A stretch of DNA of 8,048 bases from an uncultured archaeon (GTDB taxonomy: Archaea; Asgardarchaeota; Jordiarchaeia; Jordiarchaeales; Jordiarchaeaceae): NCBI GenBank assembly GCA_964510585.1, contig CAZECW010000095.1:1-8048 (forward strand). The letters are read 5' to 3'. Both the position numbers and the translations under genes were made by a program. Numbering within the stretch: position 1 is the stretch's first letter; each line of letters begins with the position of its first letter. Under the pieces are notes generated by a model. It saw nothing but the letters and a program-made list of their open reading frames with translations, was not told where the DNA came from and searched no databases. Of the stretch, positions 6,518 to 8,048 are shown piece by piece.

Positions 6518-6816
6518 ATTAACCATTTAAGCAGTTGGTGCCAAATAGTTTCTAGGGTATAAACGCGAATTTTTGGTAGGGAGGATAGCTGAATCGGAAT
6601 ACGTGTTGTTGGGAAGTCTTGGTCGAATAAATTTCTGGTGTTAATGTGTTTTAGGATGGAGAATTTTTGAAAAAAATTTTATTAGGGCTTTGATATTCTT
6701 TATGTTTTGATTTATTAGAGGTGTTTTTTACTCGCCGTTATGGGTTTGGAAGGTGTTTACTTTGTGGTTTATGAGTTTTGCTTGTTGTGGTGTTAGGTTT
6801 TTGGAGTGATGGTTTT

Positions 6817-7614
6817 ATGGATTGGAAGGTTAGGGCTCCTTTACGGGTGGATTTGAGTGGTGGTTGGACTGATGCAGCTCCGTTTATTGAGGAGCATGTG
6901 GGTGCTCTTGTGAATTTTGCCATTGACAAGTTTCAGATTTATGATGGGAATGAGATTAGTTGCAGCTGGCTGGGTATGGGTCTTGGTACAAGCGGCGGGT
7001 ATAATGTTGTGAAGGCGGTTATTGAGGATGGTTTGTATGAGCGTGAAAAAATTCTTTTGAGGGCTTATCAGAGGGAGTTGCAGGAGAATGTTTGTGGAAT
7101 GCAGGATATGGCTGCTAGTACCTATGGGGGCCTAAACTATTGGGAGTTCTATAGGGACAATTTTTATAGGGTTCCCATCCCCCTAACGGAAGAGTTGAGG
7201 AGGGGGCTCCAAGACTTGGCGGTTCTCGTTAACACTGGGAAGTCTCGTAGTCCACGCCACTTTTTTGTTTACGCTAATTATCCCTACGTGGAACCCATCC
7301 TTGTTAAGTTGAGTGAGATAGCTACTAGGATGAGGGATGAGCTTCTTTCGGAGAATATGCGTCGGGTGAGACAATTGGTGAAGGACACTTTTTACTGGCA
7401 GAGTAGAATACCCACGGTGACGACGCCAGAGATCGAGGAACTGGTGGGTATGGCTGATGCGGGAAAAGTTTGTGGAGCTGGAGGTGGGGGCTGCGTACTT
7501 TTACTTTTTGAGAATGAGAAAAGGTTAGAGGAGTTTAGGGAAAAGTGTAAAGAGACAATCTCGTACAAAATATGGGAGAAAGGGGTGGAGACCACCTACA
7601 GAGAAATTAAATGA
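6817..7614 (+). CDS. GHMP-family sugar kinase, HddA/L-fucokinase-like, compact (265 aa)
   Basis: Motif I RAPLRVDLSGGWTD, motif II GMGLGTSGG, CGMQDMAASTYGGLNY and motif III KVCGAGGGGCVLL. I prefer the ATG at 6817 (MDWKVRAP) to the track's 6778 because it has SD GGAGTGA at 6803-6809 and lies just before motif I. Confidence 0.9.
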   Translation: MDWKVRAPLRVDLSGGWTDAAPFIEEHVGALVNFAIDKFQIYDGNEISCSWLGMGLGTSGGYNVVKAVIEDGLYEREKILLRAYQRELQENVCGMQDMAASTYGGLNYWEFYRDNFYRVPIPLTEELRRGLQDLAVLVNTGKSRSPRHFFVYANYPYVEPILVKLSEIATRMRDELLSENMRRVRQLVKDTFYWQSRIPTVTTPEIEELVGMADAGKVCGAGGGGCVLLLFENEKRLEEFREKCKETISYKIWEKGVETTYREIK

Positions 7615-7637
7615 AAAAATTTGGTGCTCCTTTTTTT
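7614..7637. terminator. Convergent termination zone
   Basis: T7 at 7631-7637 on + after the kinase stop; A6 at 7614-7619 gives a T run for the opposing minus-strand transcript. Confidence 0.5.
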
Positions 7638-7652
7638 AATATTTTCGAACCT

Positions 7653-7851
7653 TTAACTGGATAGGGAGTCTGAGAGACCACCAAAAAATGTTAAAGAAGG
7701 CTCTGTAAATCTATCTTTAGGGTGAAAGTACTTGTTGGAGGGACAAATGGGTAGGTGGGACCGGAAGTCCTCCAAGCAGCAGGCATACTTAGCACATCTC
7801 TCAATAAATTTCACTAGATCCTAGTTATCCTCAATATTTGGGAAGCCCCAT
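7653..7851 (-). pseudogene. Degraded 5' fragment of an HdrD/GlcF-like Fe-S-binding protein gene
   Basis: ATG at 7851 is 17 nt downstream of the oxidase stop. After a one-base frame change it reads GFPNIEDN*DLVKFIERCAKYACCLEDFRSHLPICPSNKYFH, then unrelated-looking sequence to TAA at 7655-7653. The motif is C-x2-[Y]-x2-C-x10-CP, where Y (TAT) is one base from Cys (TGT). There is an in-frame TAG at 7823-7821. Confidence 0.65.
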
Positions 7852-7867
7852 CACGTTTACAACCCTT

Positions 7868-8047
7868 CTAGCATAATTTGTTTGGGGCAAGTATGTTGTT
7901 TGGGTCCAGGAGCCTTTTTATTCCCCGTATTAGCTCCGCGTAGCTTGGCATCAGTAACATGTTTGTTAGCTGCTGCATCGTTAGGGGAATTGTTCCACCA
8001 TACTTCAACATGGTGATTATAAGTGGCTGAATCGTATCACTGAGCTT
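7868..8047 (-). CDS. FAD-linked oxidoreductase (GlcD/D-lactate dehydrogenase-like), C-terminal 59 aa; enters from the right edge
   Basis: Not in the ORF track; translated by hand: KLSDTIQPLIITMLKYGGTIPLTMQQLTNMLLMPSYAELIRGIKRLLDPNNILAPNKLC*. IKRLLDPNNILAPNKL matches the terminal K-x-x-x-DP-x-x-IL-x-P-x-K motif of FAD-linked oxidase C-terminal domains. Confidence 0.85.
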   Translation of the reverse strand, partial: KLSDTIQPLIITMLKYGGTIPLTMQQLTNMLLMPSYAELIRGIKRLLDPNNILAPNKLC

Positions 8048-8048
8048 T

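Noticed and set aside
6778-6816. 13-aa N-terminal extension of the kinase given by the ORF track
   Set aside because: Better SD and family alignment support the ATG at 6817; the extension is G+T-skewed filler.
6738-7595. ORFs 6738-6929, 7183-7374 and 7392-7595 (-)
   Set aside because: Antisense shadows of the GHMP kinase.

Overview
This AT-rich window looks archaeal. Evidence: GAGGTG/GGTGGTGA Shine-Dalgarno sites, TTTATATA-type TATA boxes, a RAD55/KaiC-like gene and a sequon-rich, C-terminally anchored surface protein. A Bathyarchaeia- or Asgard-like host is only my inference. Left to right: (1) the 5' part of a minus-strand RAD55/KaiC-like P-loop protein that runs off the left edge and has degenerate catalytic residues; (2) about 880 nt of non-coding DNA with several palindromes; (3) a complete minus-strand three-gene ECF transporter operon (MptD-like S component, EcfT, fused double EcfA ATPase), preceded by an array of AGTATTACT operator-like boxes; (4) a divergent gene for a secreted, membrane-anchored, probably N-glycosylated beta-rich protein with a perfect 14-bp palindrome in its promoter; (5) about 790 nt of non-coding DNA; (6) an unusually short GHMP sugar kinase of the HddA/fucokinase type; (7) on the minus strand, a decayed 5' fragment of an HdrD/GlcF-like Fe-S gene directly downstream of the 3' end of a GlcD-like FAD-linked oxidoreductase that enters from the right edge. 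Across the window, kb-scale A+C-rich and G+T-rich blocks alternate, ignore gene boundaries and strand, and flip third-codon-position usage inside single genes. I found no rRNA, tRNA, CRISPR array, transposase or recognisable riboswitch. All assignments come from manual motif reading and hand counts; no searches were run.
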